DNA of 47,053 nt from Kofleriaceae bacterium (GCA_046597055.1 JBKJLC010000257.1:1-47053), one strand, 5' to 3'; shown: positions 1 to 11,623, counted from the stretch's first letter. Numbers and translations are program-made. The notes: generated by a model not told the origin, from the letters alone.

Positions 1-264
1 CTGCAGCTGCCTGGCCAGGTCGGCGTCGTGGCGCCGGATCATCGCCACGATGGGACGCAGCTGGCGGATGAGCTCCCTGCTCACGTCGAGCGCCACGAAC
101 TTGTTCTCTGACTCCTCACCACCGTCGTCGGTCGCGCTGGCCCCCGCGTCGGTGACCGCGCTCCCCGAGGTGGTCCGGGCGCGGGCTCGCCCGCCGCGTC
201 CGCGCTGCATGGCTGCGACGGGGGCGGGGGCGGGCGGGTTGGGGTTGGCGTTGATCTCGGTCAT
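1..264 (-). CDS. Four-helix-bundle protein (23S rRNA intervening-sequence protein family), 3' end outside window
   Basis: Not in the ORF track. Manual translation from ATG 264 gives MTEINANPNPPAPAP...ENKFVALDVSRELIRQLRPIVAMIRRHDADLARQLQ, which fits the N-terminus of this family (F-x-A...DL-x-x-Q). Confidence 0.75.
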   Translation of the reverse strand, partial: MTEINANPNPPAPAPVAAMQRGRGGRARARTTSGSAVTDAGASATDDGGEESENKFVALDVSRELIRQLRPIVAMIRRHDADLARQLQ

Positions 265-410
265 GTCGTCTCTCTGCACGGGGTCATCTCCAAGGTTGGT
301 GGGTAGGCCCCTCGGCCCCGGCCCTCCCCGCCTCCAGGGCAGGTCCGCCAACTCGCATCACCACCGCGACGCTGGGCGCGCTCGCGTGGCGTATGGCAGG
401 GGCCGGTGGG

Positions 411-454
411 CCCTTCGACACGCGCGCCCTCCGGGCGCGGCTCAGGGCGAACGG
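411..454 (+). repeat. REP-like hairpin unit CCCTTCGAC-hairpin-GCTCAGGGCGAACGG
   Basis: The same motif recurs at 822-873(-), 907-955, 1007-1046, 22362-22403(-), 22437-22480 and 22553-22595. Confidence 0.75.
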
Positions 455-474
455 AGATGGTTGCCGGTCGCGGC

Positions 475-780
475 ACCTCCCTCTGCCCCGATCACCTGTC
501 CCCGCCTCGTCTCTCGGGCTCTCCCTCTCTCCCTGCTCCGTGTCTCCATGCCTCCGCCTTCATTCCCACCCTCGCTCCGTCTCTCACTCTAACTCTCTCC
601 CTCCGCTCCTTCCCTCGCTCCCTATCTCCTGCTCCCGTCCCTCTCACCCGCTCCTGCTCCCTCTCCTGCTCCTGCTCCTGCTCCCTCTCCCCCTCCCTCT
701 CCTGCTCCTGCTCCCTCTCCTGCTCTCTCTCCCGCTCCCGCTCCCTCGCCCGCTCCTGCCCCCGCCCCGCCCGGCCCCCG
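475..780. repeat. Pyrimidine-rich low-complexity tract with degenerate CTCCTG/CTCCCG hexamer repeats
   Basis: Directly visible, e.g. ctcctgctcctgctcctgctcc and ctcccgctcccgctccc. Confidence 0.85.
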
Positions 781-816
781 CTGCCCCCCTGCGCGTCTGC
801 CCTCTGGATCCCACAC

Positions 817-1046
817 CGCTTCCCGGTGTCCCTGGGCCAGGGCGAGCGCACGCGAGCCCGCCGTCGAAGGGCAGCCCGTCGGAGCGGCGTGCGGCTCCTC
901 GCCGCGCTGCCCGTCGACGCGGCGCCTTCGGCGCCGGTTCAGGGACACCGGGAAGGTGTGAGCGCTTCCGATCACAACGGAGACTTGTGATCACTCCTGA
1001 GGTGCACCCTTCGACCCCCAGCTCGCGTGGGCTGGTTCGGGCTCAG
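817..1046. repeat. Cluster of REP-like units including an inverted pair and a ~100-nt element duplicated at 22435-22535
   Basis: cttcccggtgtccctg...cagggacaccgggaag forms an inverted pair. 907-1010 aligns by eye to 22435-22535. Confidence 0.8.
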
Positions 1047-1220
1047 GCGCGGCCCACGGTCCGCTCCCGTCCGAGCCAACGCACGGGCCGCGCCCATGGC
1101 TTCGCGATCGTGATCGCGGGTCACCTTGGTTCGCTCGGCTGCACGAGCGCGGCGCACGACCTGGCAACGATCGGAACGCGTGAATGGTTGTCGCGAGGGC
1201 TCGTCGCACCCGTGCCCACC

Positions 1221-2162
1221 ATGCAGCTCCCCATGAAGCCTTCCGTCCTTCCTCTCCTGGTCCTCGCGGGCCTTGCCGGCATCGCCCACGCGACCCCGCA
1301 GAAACGGCTGACCTACGTCGACGTCGACCGCATCGAAGCGGTCCGCGACGGCAACCGCCTGACGGTCGACCTCGAGATCGATCCGGGGAGCTGGCGGTGG
1401 CTACGCCGGCACCAGGTCGAGCCGGTGCTGCACGTCCAGCTCGGTGACCGCGGCGCCGAGCGCGCGTACCCGATCTCCGACGCGAGCAGCCACCTGCGCG
1501 TCGAGGTCGACAGCCGCTCGGACGCCGCGACGGTGTGGATCACCGGCGAGGGTCGCCGGACCTCGGTCGGGTGGATGAAGATCGGCGAGCTGCGCCTGTA
1601 CTCGCTCGAGCTGCGCGTGCGCAACGCGACCGACCGCCTCGACCACCAGGACGACGAGGTGCCCCCGCCCCCGCCCCCGCCGCCGCCCTCGCCGGCGCGC
1701 GTCAGCTGGGCCAAGCTGCCCGAGGTCATCCGGGCCTGCGGTGGCAGCCAGGACACGTCGAAGTGCCTGGCCGCCGCGGCCCAGCCGAAGTTCAACCCGA
1801 CCCCGGTGATGAAGGCGTGCAGCGCGCGCACCAGCACCTACGCGCTCACCAGCGAGTGCATCGACATCGCGGTCACCGCCGAGACCGACCCGACCGTCCG
1901 CCTCGGCACCTGCTTCGACGTGACCAGCACCTACGGCCACTCGCTGCGCTGTTTGAAGGCCAGCGTCCGCGCCCGGTTCGAGCCGACCCGCGCGATCAAG
2001 GCGTGCCAGTTCGCGACCAGCACCGTCGAGACCATGCTGCAGTGCATCGAGCTGGTCCCGACCGCGGCCGCGGATCCGACCGACGTGGTGAACGCGTGCA
2101 AGGACTCGACGCGCCGCTACGATCAGCTGGTGCCGTGCATCAAGCAAGCGCTGGCGCACTGA
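1221..2162 (+). CDS. Secreted protein with poly-Pro linker and ~5 Cys-paired ~31-aa repeats
   Basis: Signal peptide MKPSVLPLLVLAGLAGIAHA (start 1221 or 1233), GC3-rich codons, repeated P..V..AC...TSTY....C motif. Confidence 0.8.
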   Translation: MQLPMKPSVLPLLVLAGLAGIAHATPQKRLTYVDVDRIEAVRDGNRLTVDLEIDPGSWRWLRRHQVEPVLHVQLGDRGAERAYPISDASSHLRVEVDSRSDAATVWITGEGRRTSVGWMKIGELRLYSLELRVRNATDRLDHQDDEVPPPPPPPPPSPARVSWAKLPEVIRACGGSQDTSKCLAAAAQPKFNPTPVMKACSARTSTYALTSECIDIAVTAETDPTVRLGTCFDVTSTYGHSLRCLKASVRARFEPTRAIKACQFATSTVETMLQCIELVPTAAADPTDVVNACKDSTRRYDQLVPCIKQALAH

Positions 2163-2286
2163 GCCGAGCGGAGCGAGGCGGCTCAGGATCCGTACAGATC
2201 GGGCGCGGCCTCCGGGCCGCGGCCGACCGATCGAAGGGTGGGTGGGATTCGAGAGAATCACAGCCTCCCACGCCGCGCCCTGCGCG

Positions 2287-2853
2287 CTATCCGGCGGTCA
2301 GGTGCTCGACCAGGATCTTCACGCCGAGCGCGACCAGCACCAGGCCGCCGGCGACCTCGAGCCCGCGCCCGAACCGGGCCCCGACCGCCCGTCCGACATA
2401 GGTGCCGGCGAAGGTCATCACGAAGGTCACGCCGGCGATGAGCGCGAGGGTGACCGGCGGTGTCACCGGCAGCAGCGGGACCGTGACCCCGGCCGCGGCC
2501 GCGTCGATGCTGGTCGCCAGCGCGAGCAGGCTCAGCGGGGCGAGCGCGAACGGATGGACCGGGTCGACGTCATCGGGGTCGCCGTTGCTGCGCAGGCCTT
2601 CCCACGCGGTCTTGCCGCCGATCGCGACCAGCAGCCCGAACGCGATCCAGTGATCGAAGCGGGCGAACCACGGGCCGAGCAGGTCGCCGGCCTGCCAGCC
2701 GATCGCCGCCATGCCGCCCTGGAAGCTGCCGGTCAGGGTCGCGATCAAGAGGGCGTCGCGGACCTGGATCCGGGCCGCGACCATGCCGCGCACGGCGGCC
2801 GCCGCGGTCGCGTCGGAGGCCAGGGCGAGCGCGAGCACCAGAGCGGCCAGCAC
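2287..2853 (-). CDS. mntP: Manganese efflux pump MntP family
   Basis: ALALASDA, FQGGM, DHWIAFGLL, LALATSIDA and G..LE..GG.VL..LGVKIL motifs. GTG start inferred. Confidence 0.9.
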   Translation of the reverse strand: MLAALVLALALASDATAAAAVRGMVAARIQVRDALLIATLTGSFQGGMAAIGWQAGDLLGPWFARFDHWIAFGLLVAIGGKTAWEGLRSNGDPDDVDPVHPFALAPLSLLALATSIDAAAAGVTVPLLPVTPPVTLALIAGVTFVMTFAGTYVGRAVGARFGRGLEVAGGLVLVALGVKILVEHLTAG

Positions 2854-2971
2854 CGCGGCAGCTTGCCACGGCGCTCCCGCACGCGTAACCCGTGATGGCT
2901 GCACGTGGGCCGTGCCACATCGGGCGTCCCTCCGCCACGCGCGCGGACGGAATGCTGGCACAATCGGGGCA

Positions 2972-5900
2972 GTGGCGACGCCGCAGATCATCGCGGACCG
3001 CTTCGAGATCGAGCGCCTCGCCGAGTCGGGCGGGATGGGCTCGGTCTATCTCGCACGCGATCGCATGACCGGCGGGCCGGTCGCGGTGAAGCTGCTCGCG
3101 CGCGCCAACGAGCGCTGGGCCGAGCGCTTCCGTCGCGAGGCGCTCGCGCTGTCGGAGCTGACCCACCCGTCGATCGTGCGCTACGTGGCCCACGGCGTGA
3201 GCCCCACCGGCGAGCCGTGGCTGGCGATGGAGTGGCTCGACGGCGAGCCACTGTCGGTCCGGCTGCGGCGGGGCCGGCTGTCGATCATCGAAGGCCGCGA
3301 CCTCGGCATCCGCATCGCCGAGGCGCTGGCGGCGGCGCACGCCGCCGGCGTGATCCACCGCGATCTCAAGCCGGCCAACGTCTTCCTGGTCGCCGGCGAC
3401 GTGCGCCAGGCCAAGCTGCTCGACTTCGGGGTCGCCCGCCTGCGCACGATGGTCAGCGACACCACCCGCACCGGCGACAAGGTCGGCACCCCGCGCTACA
3501 TGGCGCCCGAGCAGGTCCGCGCTGCCCGGCTGGTCGACTGGCGCTGCGATCTGTGGAGCCTCGGCTGCGTGCTCTACACCGCGTTCGCCGGCCGGCCGCC
3601 GTTCTCGGCCGCCGACGAGATGGCGACCTGGGGCAAGATCTTGCTCGAGGAAGCGCCGGTGCTGTCGAGCGCGCGGCCCGACGCGCCGCCGGCGCTGGTC
3701 GGGTTGATCCGCCGCCTGCTCGAGAAGGTGCCCACCCTGCGCCCGGCGTCGGCGCTCGCGGTCGCCGACGAGCTGCGCAAGATCGAGCGGCCCGAGGTCG
3801 CCGACTCGACCGGCATCACCGCGGTCGGCGCGTCGCTGGCGTCGTCGAGCGAGCACCGCCGGGTCGCGATCGTGATGATCGGCGCGATGGGCGACGAGAG
3901 CGACGACCAGCACGCCCGCGAGGACACCGCGCCCGAGGCGCCGGTCTACGTCGAGCTGGCCGCGTGCGCCGAGCGCTACGGCGGCACCTTCGAGGCGCTC
4001 GCGCGCGGCGGCGCGATCATCACGTTCGCCGGCTCGCCGTCGGCGACCGACCTGGTCGCCCGCGCCGCCCGCTGCGCGCTCGACGCGCGCCGGGTCTGCG
4101 ACGCGCCGATCACGCTGTCGTCGGGCCGAGGCGCGGTCGGGACCGTGCCGGTCGGCGACGCGATCGATCGCGCGGCCACCCTGCTCCGGCGCGGGGTCGG
4201 CGGGCACGATCCGCTGCGGCCGGTCGCGGTCGACGAGGTGACCTCGGCCCTGCTCGGGCCCCGCTTCACCGTCGAGGGCGCGCCGCGGCCGGTCCTGTCG
4301 GGCGAGCGTGGCGACGACGGCCTGCGCGTGATCCTGGGCCGCCGGACCCCGACCGTCGGCCGCGAGCGCGAGCTCAACATGCTGCTGCAGGCGTGCACCG
4401 ACGCCGGCGAGGAAGAGGCGGCGCGCGCGGTGGTGGTCACCGGCGAGGCCGGCATCGGCAAGTCGCGCCTGCGCCACGAGCTGGTCGAGCGGCTCGAGGG
4501 CCTGACCGAGCAGCCGCGGATCTGGCTCGGGCGCGGCGATCCGATGCGGGCCGGCTCGCCGTTCTCGCTGCTCGGCAGCGCGCTGCGCCGGCGGTTCGGC
4601 GCGATGGACCAGCTGCTCACCGACGAGGATCGCGCGATCACCGCCGGCTGCGTCGCGGCCGCGGTCGACAGCCTGGGGCTGCCCGAGCCCGACCGGGTCA
4701 CCACCTTCCTGGCCGAGCTGGTCGGCGCGCCGGTGCCGTCGGGGCAGTCGGCCCAGCTGGCCGCCGCCCGTCGCCAGCCGCGGCTGATGAGCGACCAGCT
4801 CCGCCGCGCGTTCCTCGACTTTGCCCAGGCCGACGCCGCCCGCCAGCAGCTGGTCTGGATCTTCGACGATCTGCACTGGGGCGATCAGCCGTCGACCGAG
4901 TTGATCGACGAGGCGCTGCGGCTGATGTCCGATCGCGGGCTGGTCGTGATCGCGTTCGCCCGGCCCGAGGTCGACGGCCTGTTCCCGCGGCTGTGGGCCC
5001 AGCGCGACGCCACCACGGTCCGGCTCGGCCCGCTGTCGAAGAAGGCGGCGACCCGCCTGGTCCGCGACGTGCTCGACGGCCCGACCGAGGCCAAGGTCGC
5101 GCAGATCGTCGAGCGCGCCGCCGGCAACGCGTTCTACCTCGAGGAGCTGCTGCGGGCGGCCGCCGCCGGCGAGACCCGCCTGCCCGAGACCGTGGTCGCG
5201 ATGGTGCAGGTCCGGCTCGAGAGCCTGCCCGCGCCCGCGCGCCAGGTGCTGCGGGCGGCGTCGGTGCTGGGCGCCCGGTTCGCCCACCGGCCGCTGGTCG
5301 CGCTGCTCGGCCGCGATCTGCCCGAGCGCGAGATCGAGCAGCTGCTCGATGATCTGGTCGTGCGCGAGCTGCTCACCCGCGAGCCCGCCGAGGAGCGCGA
5401 GCACGCGTTCCGGCACGAGCTGTACCGCGAGGCGGCCTACGGCATGTTGCTCGACACCGATCGTCGCATGGCGCACAAGACCGCCGGGCTGTGGCTCGAG
5501 GCGCGCCGCGAGCGCGACGCGTACACGGTCGCGCAGCACATGGAGCTCGGCGGCGAGGTCGACAAGGCCGCGCTCTGGTACCGCTACGCCGCCGAGCAGG
5601 CGCTCGACGCCGGCGATCCGCACGCCGTGATCGACCGGGCCGCGCGCGGCCTCGAGTGTGGCGCCGCCGAGGCCGAGAAGGGCACCCTGCTCCTGCTCGC
5701 CGCCGAGGCCCACGACTGGCTGGGCGAGACCGAGGCGACCGAGCGGTGCGCGCTCGAGGCGATGGATGTCGCCCGCGAGGGCTCGACCACCTGGCTGCGC
5801 GCGGCCGCCGAGCTGGCGGTCGCGGCCGGCCGCCAGGGCAACCACGGCCTCCTGGTCGGGCTCGCACGCGACATGCTGCGGGTCCGCACCAACGAGGCGC

Positions 5901-6823
5901 GGTCGGAGCGGGTCACCGCCTTTGCGCTGGTCGCCGCCGAGCTGTTCCTGTCCGGGCACGGCGATCAGGCCCGGCGCCTGATGGCGCGCATGGAGGAGAA
6001 CTCCGACGTGTGCGCGACCGATCCGCTGGCGGCCGGCTGGCGGCTGCGCGCGCGCGGCATCGAGGCGGTGGTCAGCGGCGACAACGTGCGCGCGCTGGCG
6101 CTGATGCTCGAGTCATCGCGGTTCATGGACGACGTCGGGGCCCAGCGCGACCTGGTCGCCGGCCTGATCAACGTGGGCTTCCTCGAGATCATGGTCGGCC
6201 GGATCAGCGAGGCCGAGGCGACGCTGAGCCGCGCCCGCCGGATCGCCGAGACCATCGGCGCGGTGCGCGCGCAGACCATGGCGACCCAGAACCTCGCGCT
6301 CGCGCTCCTCTACGGCGCGCGGCCCGACGCGGCGCTGGTGCTGGCCAAGACCGCCGAGAAGATGGCGCGCGCCCAGGGCTCGCTGCGCATCGCCGGCGCC
6401 GCGACCATCTACCAGGCGCGCGCGCTGCTGGCGCTCGGGCGCGCCACCGAGGCGCGGCTGGAGGCGACCCGCGCGGTCGATCTGCTGTCGGGGATGCCGC
6501 CGACCCTGGCCTACGCGCTGGCGGTGCGCGCCGACAGCGAGCTCGCGCTCGAGCACCTCGAGATGGCGGCCACCGCCGCCCGCGCGGCCGAGCGCATCCT
6601 GGACGAGCTGGGTGCGATCGACGAGGGCGACGCCTACGCGCGTCACGTGCTGGCGCGGGTGTTCCTCGCCCGCGGCGAGCCCGCCGAGGCGACCCGGGTC
6701 GCCCGGGACGCGTGGCTGCGGATCGAGGCGGCGGCGGCCGGGCTGACCGATGCGGCGGCGCGAGCGTCGTTCCTGGCGATGCCGGAGCATCAAGCGCTGC
6801 GGCAGCTGGCCGAGCCGGGCTGA
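2972..6823 (+). CDS. Ser/Thr kinase fused to degenerate cyclase-like domain, STAND/AAA ATPase and TPR repeats
   Basis: [22 protein letters not shown] and APE kinase motifs, Walker A GEAGIGKS, Walker [14 protein letters not shown], and a helical-repeat C-terminus. Confidence 0.92.
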   Translation: MATPQIIADRFEIERLAESGGMGSVYLARDRMTGGPVAVKLLARANERWAERFRREALALSELTHPSIVRYVAHGVSPTGEPWLAMEWLDGEPLSVRLRRGRLSIIEGRDLGIRIAEALAAAHAAGVIHRDLKPANVFLVAGDVRQAKLLDFGVARLRTMVSDTTRTGDKVGTPRYMAPEQVRAARLVDWRCDLWSLGCVLYTAFAGRPPFSAADEMATWGKILLEEAPVLSSARPDAPPALVGLIRRLLEKVPTLRPASALAVADELRKIERPEVADSTGITAVGASLASSSEHRRVAIVMIGAMGDESDDQHAREDTAPEAPVYVELAACAERYGGTFEALARGGAIITFAGSPSATDLVARAARCALDARRVCDAPITLSSGRGAVGTVPVGDAIDRAATLLRRGVGGHDPLRPVAVDEVTSALLGPRFTVEGAPRPVLSGERGDDGLRVILGRRTPTVGRERELNMLLQACTDAGEEEAARAVVVTGEAGIGKSRLRHELVERLEGLTEQPRIWLGRGDPMRAGSPFSLLGSALRRRFGAMDQLLTDEDRAITAGCVAAAVDSLGLPEPDRVTTFLAELVGAPVPSGQSAQLAAARRQPRLMSDQLRRAFLDFAQADAARQQLVWIFDDLHWGDQPSTELIDEALRLMSDRGLVVIAFARPEVDGLFPRLWAQRDATTVRLGPLSKKAATRLVRDVLDGPTEAKVAQIVERAAGNAFYLEELLRAAAAGETRLPETVVAMVQVRLESLPAPARQVLRAASVLGARFAHRPLVALLGRDLPEREIEQLLDDLVVRELLTREPAEEREHAFRHELYREAAYGMLLDTDRRMAHKTAGLWLEARRERDAYTVAQHMELGGEVDKAALWYRYAAEQALDAGDPHAVIDRAARGLECGAAEAEKGTLLLLAAEAHDWLGETEATERCALEAMDVAREGSTTWLRAAAELAVAAGRQGNHGLLVGLARDMLRVRTNEARSERVTAFALVAAELFLSGHGDQARRLMARMEENSDVCATDPLAAGWRLRARGIEAVVSGDNVRALALMLESSRFMDDVGAQRDLVAGLINVGFLEIMVGRISEAEATLSRARRIAETIGAVRAQTMATQNLALALLYGARPDAALVLAKTAEKMARAQGSLRIAGAATIYQARALLALGRATEARLEATRAVDLLSGMPPTLAYALAVRADSELALEHLEMAATAARAAERILDELGAIDEGDAYARHVLARVFLARGEPAEATRVARDAWLRIEAAAAGLTDAAARASFLAMPEHQALRQLAEPG

Positions 6824-6895
6824 GCGGTCTCGAGCGGCGGGGTGAGGCCGTGCGAGCGGGCGCGGCGCACCGGCGGCGGGTGCCAGGATCGAACC

Positions 6896-7123
6896 GTGGA
6901 GCCGCACCGCCTTGCAGAGCTTCTCTGCCTCGGCTACCACCAGGCGATCGCGGCGCGCCCGCTCGAGAACCCAAAAGACGACGAGTTCTGTCGAGCGACG
7001 GTCGTGCATCGGCTCATCGATCGCCCCGAGCTCGAGCACCGGCTTGCAACGATGACACTGGCGCCACCGGTGCGCGCCCTGGTCGAAGGGCGGATCGCCG
7101 CGCACTTCGCGCCGCGCGGATGA
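6896..7123 (+). pseudogene. Small ORF, probable deletion-fused remnant of a two-gene nucleotidyltransferase module
   Basis: VEPHRLAELLCLGYHQAIAAR is joined to PKDDEFCRATVVHRLID..LEHRLA. Codon usage is atypical. Family resemblance is from memory. Confidence 0.35.
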
Positions 7124-7390
7124 CGCGCGGCGCAGGCGCAGGCCAGGACGGGCGTGGCCCTCGACCACGGCGAGGCGAAGGCTTCGACCCGGTCCAGGTC
7201 GCGGCCCGCTCGCTGATGTCGGGCTGGATCCGCGACGAGACCACCGTGGCCGGCTGCCACGAGGTGCGCGCCGCCGGCCGCGCTGCGCTCGGCACCCGGC
7301 GGCGCGGCGGCGCGGACGTCCCGCGCCACGCCGAGCTGCGGGGCCGCTCCAACCCGTGGTGAGCCGCCCCGACCAGGTCGCCCCTCGGCG

Positions 7391-8551
<1,161 letters not shown>

Positions 8552-8562
8552 GGTGGTCACTC

Positions 8563-10932
8563 CTAGTTCCGGAGGGGCTTGTTGTTCTGGAGCATGTACA
8601 TCATGCGCTCGTGGCTCTTGGGCTCGCCGCACAGCGAGAGGAACGCCTCGCGCTCGAGCTCGAGCACGCGGTCCTCGCTGACCGGGCCGACGCCGCCGTT
8701 GACGCCGCCGCACAGGACCTCGCCGAGCTTGTTCGAGATCAGCGCGTCGTGCTCGCTGGCGTAGCCGCCGGCGACCAGCGTGTTGATCATCATCTTCAGG
8801 GTCGCCATGCCGCTCTCGCCGGGCAGCTTGTAGCTGCGCGGCGACGGCGGGTGGTAGCCCGAGCCGGCCAGCCCGAGCAGCCGCTGCTTGGCCTCGTGGA
8901 GCTGGCGCGCGCGATCGAACGAGACGCCGTCGGTGGCGCGCAGGTAACCGAACGCCTTGGCCTCCTCGGCCGAGGTCGCGACCTTGGCCAGCGCGATGTT
9001 CTTGAACACCTGGGTGACGAAGGCATAGGTGTCGATCTCGACGCCCTCGGGCACGCCCTCGAGGGAGCGCCACAGCATGTTGAGCGTGCCGGCGCCGCCC
9101 GGGATCAGGCCCACGCCGACCTCGACCAGCCCCGAGTAGGTCTCGGACGCGGCCTGGACCGCGTCGCAGCCGAAGCACAGCTCGAGGCCGCCGCCGAGCG
9201 TCATGCCGTACGGCGCCGCCACCACGGGCACGGTCGCGTACTTCATGCGCTGGGTCGCGTACTGGTAGCCGTGGATCATCTTGCGCAGGGTGTCCCACTG
9301 CTTCTGCTGGGCCCCCATCAGCACGCCGAACAGGTTGGCGCCGACGCAGAAGTGCTCGCCGGTGTTGTAGATGAGGAGGCCCTTGAAGTCGGCCTCCGCC
9401 CGGGCCACCGCGTCGTGCAACATCTGGATGACGTCGGCGTCGAGGCTGTTCGACTTGGTCTTGAAGGTCAGCCCGAGCACGCCGTCGCCGAGATCCCACG
9501 CCTCGGCGCCGCTGTTCTTGAGCACCGGCGCGTCGGATTTGCGCAGGAGGGTCAGCGTGACCTCGCGCGCGTCGGTCTTGCGCCGGACGTACTCGCCGGC
9601 CGCGACCGACCACACCTTGTCGCCGTCGTAGAAGCCCTTGGCCCCGGCGGCGACCATCTGGTCGACCCAGGCCGGCACCGCGATGCCCTCGGCCTTCATG
9701 CGCGCGGTGGCCTCGGTGAAGCCGATCGCGTCCCAGGTCTCGAACGGGCCGAGATCCCAGTTGTAGCCCCACTTCATCGCGTCATCGATCGCGGTGATCT
9801 CGTCGGTGATCTCGCCGGTGCGGCGGGCCGCGTACGCCAGGCTCTTCGACAGCGCCTGCCAGGCCAGCTCGCCGACCACGCCGGGCGTGGCGACCAGCTC
9901 CTTCACGCGCGCGCGCGGGTCCTCGATCTTGCCGAGGCCCTTCGCGGTCTTGATGATCGCCGCGTCGCCGCCCTTGGGCCGGTACTCGCCGGTCTTGGGG
10001 TCGAGGGTCTGGATGTCCTTGCCGACCCGCTTGTAGAAGCCGCCCTTGCTCTTGTCGCCGAGCTGGCCGCGCTCGAGCATGGTGCGGATGTACGGCGGCA
10101 CCTGGAAGACGTCGCGGTCCTCGTCGGTGGTGAGCGTCGCGTAGCAGTTCTCGACCACGTGGACGAGGGTGTCGAGGCCGACCAGATCGCCGGTGCGGAA
10201 GCTGGCGCTCTTGGGGTGACCCATCGGCTCGCCGGTGACCGCGTCGAGATCCTCGGGCGACAGGCCCTTCGCCACCATCAGGTGGATCGCGGCCATCATC
10301 GAGTGGGTGCCGATGCGGTTGGCGATGAAGTTGGGGGTGTCCTTGGCCCAGACGATGCCCTTGCCCATCTGGTCGCGGCCCCACGACTCGGCCCGCTCCT
10401 TGGCGGCGGCCGAGGTGTCGGGCCCGGCCACCAGCTCGAGGAGCTTCATGTAGCGCGGTGGGTTGAAGAAGTGGGTGACGACGAAGTTCTGGCGGAACCG
10501 CTCGCTGCGATCGACCAGCATGTCGGCGATGCGCAGACCCGAGGTGTTCGACGCGACGATGGTGTCGCCGGTGAGCAGCGCGTCGAGCTTGCTGAACAGA
10601 TCGCGCTTGATCTCGAGCTTCTCGATGATCGCCTCGACGATCAGATCGCAGTCGGCGACCTGGGCGAGATCGTCGTCGAAGTTGCCGATCGTGATCAGCT
10701 GCGCGTTGCGCAGGTGGGTGAAGGCGGCCGGCCTGGCCTTCTTCAAGCGATCGAGGGCACCCTGCGCGATCGAGTCGCGGGCGGCCTTGGAGGTCCGCTG
10801 CTGCTCGGTGAGCTTGGGCGGGACGATATCGAGCAGCAGCACCGGCAGGCCGGCATTGGCGACATGGGCGGCGATGCCGCCACCCATGACACCGGAGCCG
10901 AGCACAGCCACCTTGCGGATCGGTCTGGTCAT
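8563..10932 (-). CDS. fadN: 3-hydroxyacyl-CoA dehydrogenase / enoyl-CoA hydratase fusion (FadN type)
   Basis: GSGVMG Rossmann motif, SNTSG, HFFNPPRYM, and a C-terminal crotonase domain (GGGLE, LVEVGVGLIP). Confidence 0.93.
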   Translation of the reverse strand: MTRPIRKVAVLGSGVMGGGIAAHVANAGLPVLLLDIVPPKLTEQQRTSKAARDSIAQGALDRLKKARPAAFTHLRNAQLITIGNFDDDLAQVADCDLIVEAIIEKLEIKRDLFSKLDALLTGDTIVASNTSGLRIADMLVDRSERFRQNFVVTHFFNPPRYMKLLELVAGPDTSAAAKERAESWGRDQMGKGIVWAKDTPNFIANRIGTHSMMAAIHLMVAKGLSPEDLDAVTGEPMGHPKSASFRTGDLVGLDTLVHVVENCYATLTTDEDRDVFQVPPYIRTMLERGQLGDKSKGGFYKRVGKDIQTLDPKTGEYRPKGGDAAIIKTAKGLGKIEDPRARVKELVATPGVVGELAWQALSKSLAYAARRTGEITDEITAIDDAMKWGYNWDLGPFETWDAIGFTEATARMKAEGIAVPAWVDQMVAAGAKGFYDGDKVWSVAAGEYVRRKTDAREVTLTLLRKSDAPVLKNSGAEAWDLGDGVLGLTFKTKSNSLDADVIQMLHDAVARAEADFKGLLIYNTGEHFCVGANLFGVLMGAQQKQWDTLRKMIHGYQYATQRMKYATVPVVAAPYGMTLGGGLELCFGCDAVQAASETYSGLVEVGVGLIPGGAGTLNMLWRSLEGVPEGVEIDTYAFVTQVFKNIALAKVATSAEEAKAFGYLRATDGVSFDRARQLHEAKQRLLGLAGSGYHPPSPRSYKLPGESGMATLKMMINTLVAGGYASEHDALISNKLGEVLCGGVNGGVGPVSEDRVLELEREAFLSLCGEPKSHERMMYMLQNNKPLRN

Positions 10933-10990
10933 GTGAATCCTCTGGCTGACAGTGGCGGGACCTTACCAGAAGATCATCGACGCTCCGGGC

Positions 10991-11611
10991 GTGAAGCTCC
11001 GTCGCCGGGCGGCCGTGATCGTCGCAGGCTTCGTCGCGGGTGTCGGGTGCTCCGGACGGTCGCGCGACGCCGGGCCGAGCCCGACCGCGCCCCCGGTCGC
11101 CGACCAGCCGGCCGCCACCACGGTCGTCGCGCGGCCGCTCGATCGCGCGCGCCTCGACGCGCTGGCGCAGGTGGTGGTCGCCGGTCGCACCACGACGCTG
11201 GTCAGGCGCGGCGAGCGCGACCTCGCGGCCGAGATCACGACCGCCGCGCCCGGCGACCGAGCGCTGGTCACGGTCAGCGCCTGCCTCGGCTGCGTGCCGA
11301 TGGACCGCGCGGCCTGGCGGGCCCGAGCGCCCGAGCTGGCCGCCCTGTGGGCCCCGCGCGGCGCTGGCGCCGGCGACCAGCTCGCGATCGACGCCGTGAC
11401 GGTCGCGGGCACCACGGGCATCGAGGTCCGGGCGTCGCGCGGTGACGGCACCCGGGTCGACCAGCTGCACCAGCTGCACTGGAACGACGGCGCCACCCAG
11501 CTGGTGGCGTGGTGCGAGGCCAGCGCGCCGGTCGAGGCCGGCCCACCGCCGTGCGCGGCGACCGCGGCGGCCGCCTTCGCGGCCTACCTGACGGCCTTGA
11601 CCACGCGGTAG
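10991..11611 (+). CDS. Hypothetical lipoprotein with CxxC
   Basis: Lipobox-like AGVGC, internal CLGC. Start uncertain (10952 or 10991). Confidence 0.65.
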   Translation: MKLRRRAAVIVAGFVAGVGCSGRSRDAGPSPTAPPVADQPAATTVVARPLDRARLDALAQVVVAGRTTTLVRRGERDLAAEITTAAPGDRALVTVSACLGCVPMDRAAWRARAPELAALWAPRGAGAGDQLAIDAVTVAGTTGIEVRASRGDGTRVDQLHQLHWNDGATQLVAWCEASAPVEAGPPPCAATAAAAFAAYLTALTTR

Positions 11612-11623
11612 CCGCGGAATCGA

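Noticed and set aside
1..264. Diversity-generating retroelement (Avd-like protein)
   Set aside because: No reverse transcriptase or TR/VR pair is visible in the window. Sequence to the left cannot be assessed.
970..992. CRP/FNR site
   Set aside because: The half-sites are in the reverse order (TCACA..TGTGA) with variable spacing and are part of a repeat element.
817..1046. Possible CRISPR array
   Set aside because: The units differ in length and orientation, have no regular spacers, and no cas genes are present.
393..1220. N-terminal 276 aa of the 589-aa ORF
   Set aside because: It is translated REP and CT-repeat DNA. The signal peptide marks the real start at 1221 or 1233.
2205..2222. Intrinsic terminator between convergent genes
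   Set aside because: A GC hairpin without a U tract is expected by chance at this GC content.
2854..2971. yybP-ykoY Mn riboswitch upstream of mntP
   Set aside because: A -10-like hexamer lies 6 nt from the start, leaving no leader, and no recognisable motif is present.
2570..5959. Very long antisense or alternate-frame ORFs (also 8611-11445, 19098-21305, 37346-39775 and others)
   Set aside because: They are shadows of real genes in high-GC DNA, Arg/Gly/Pro-rich and without family motifs.
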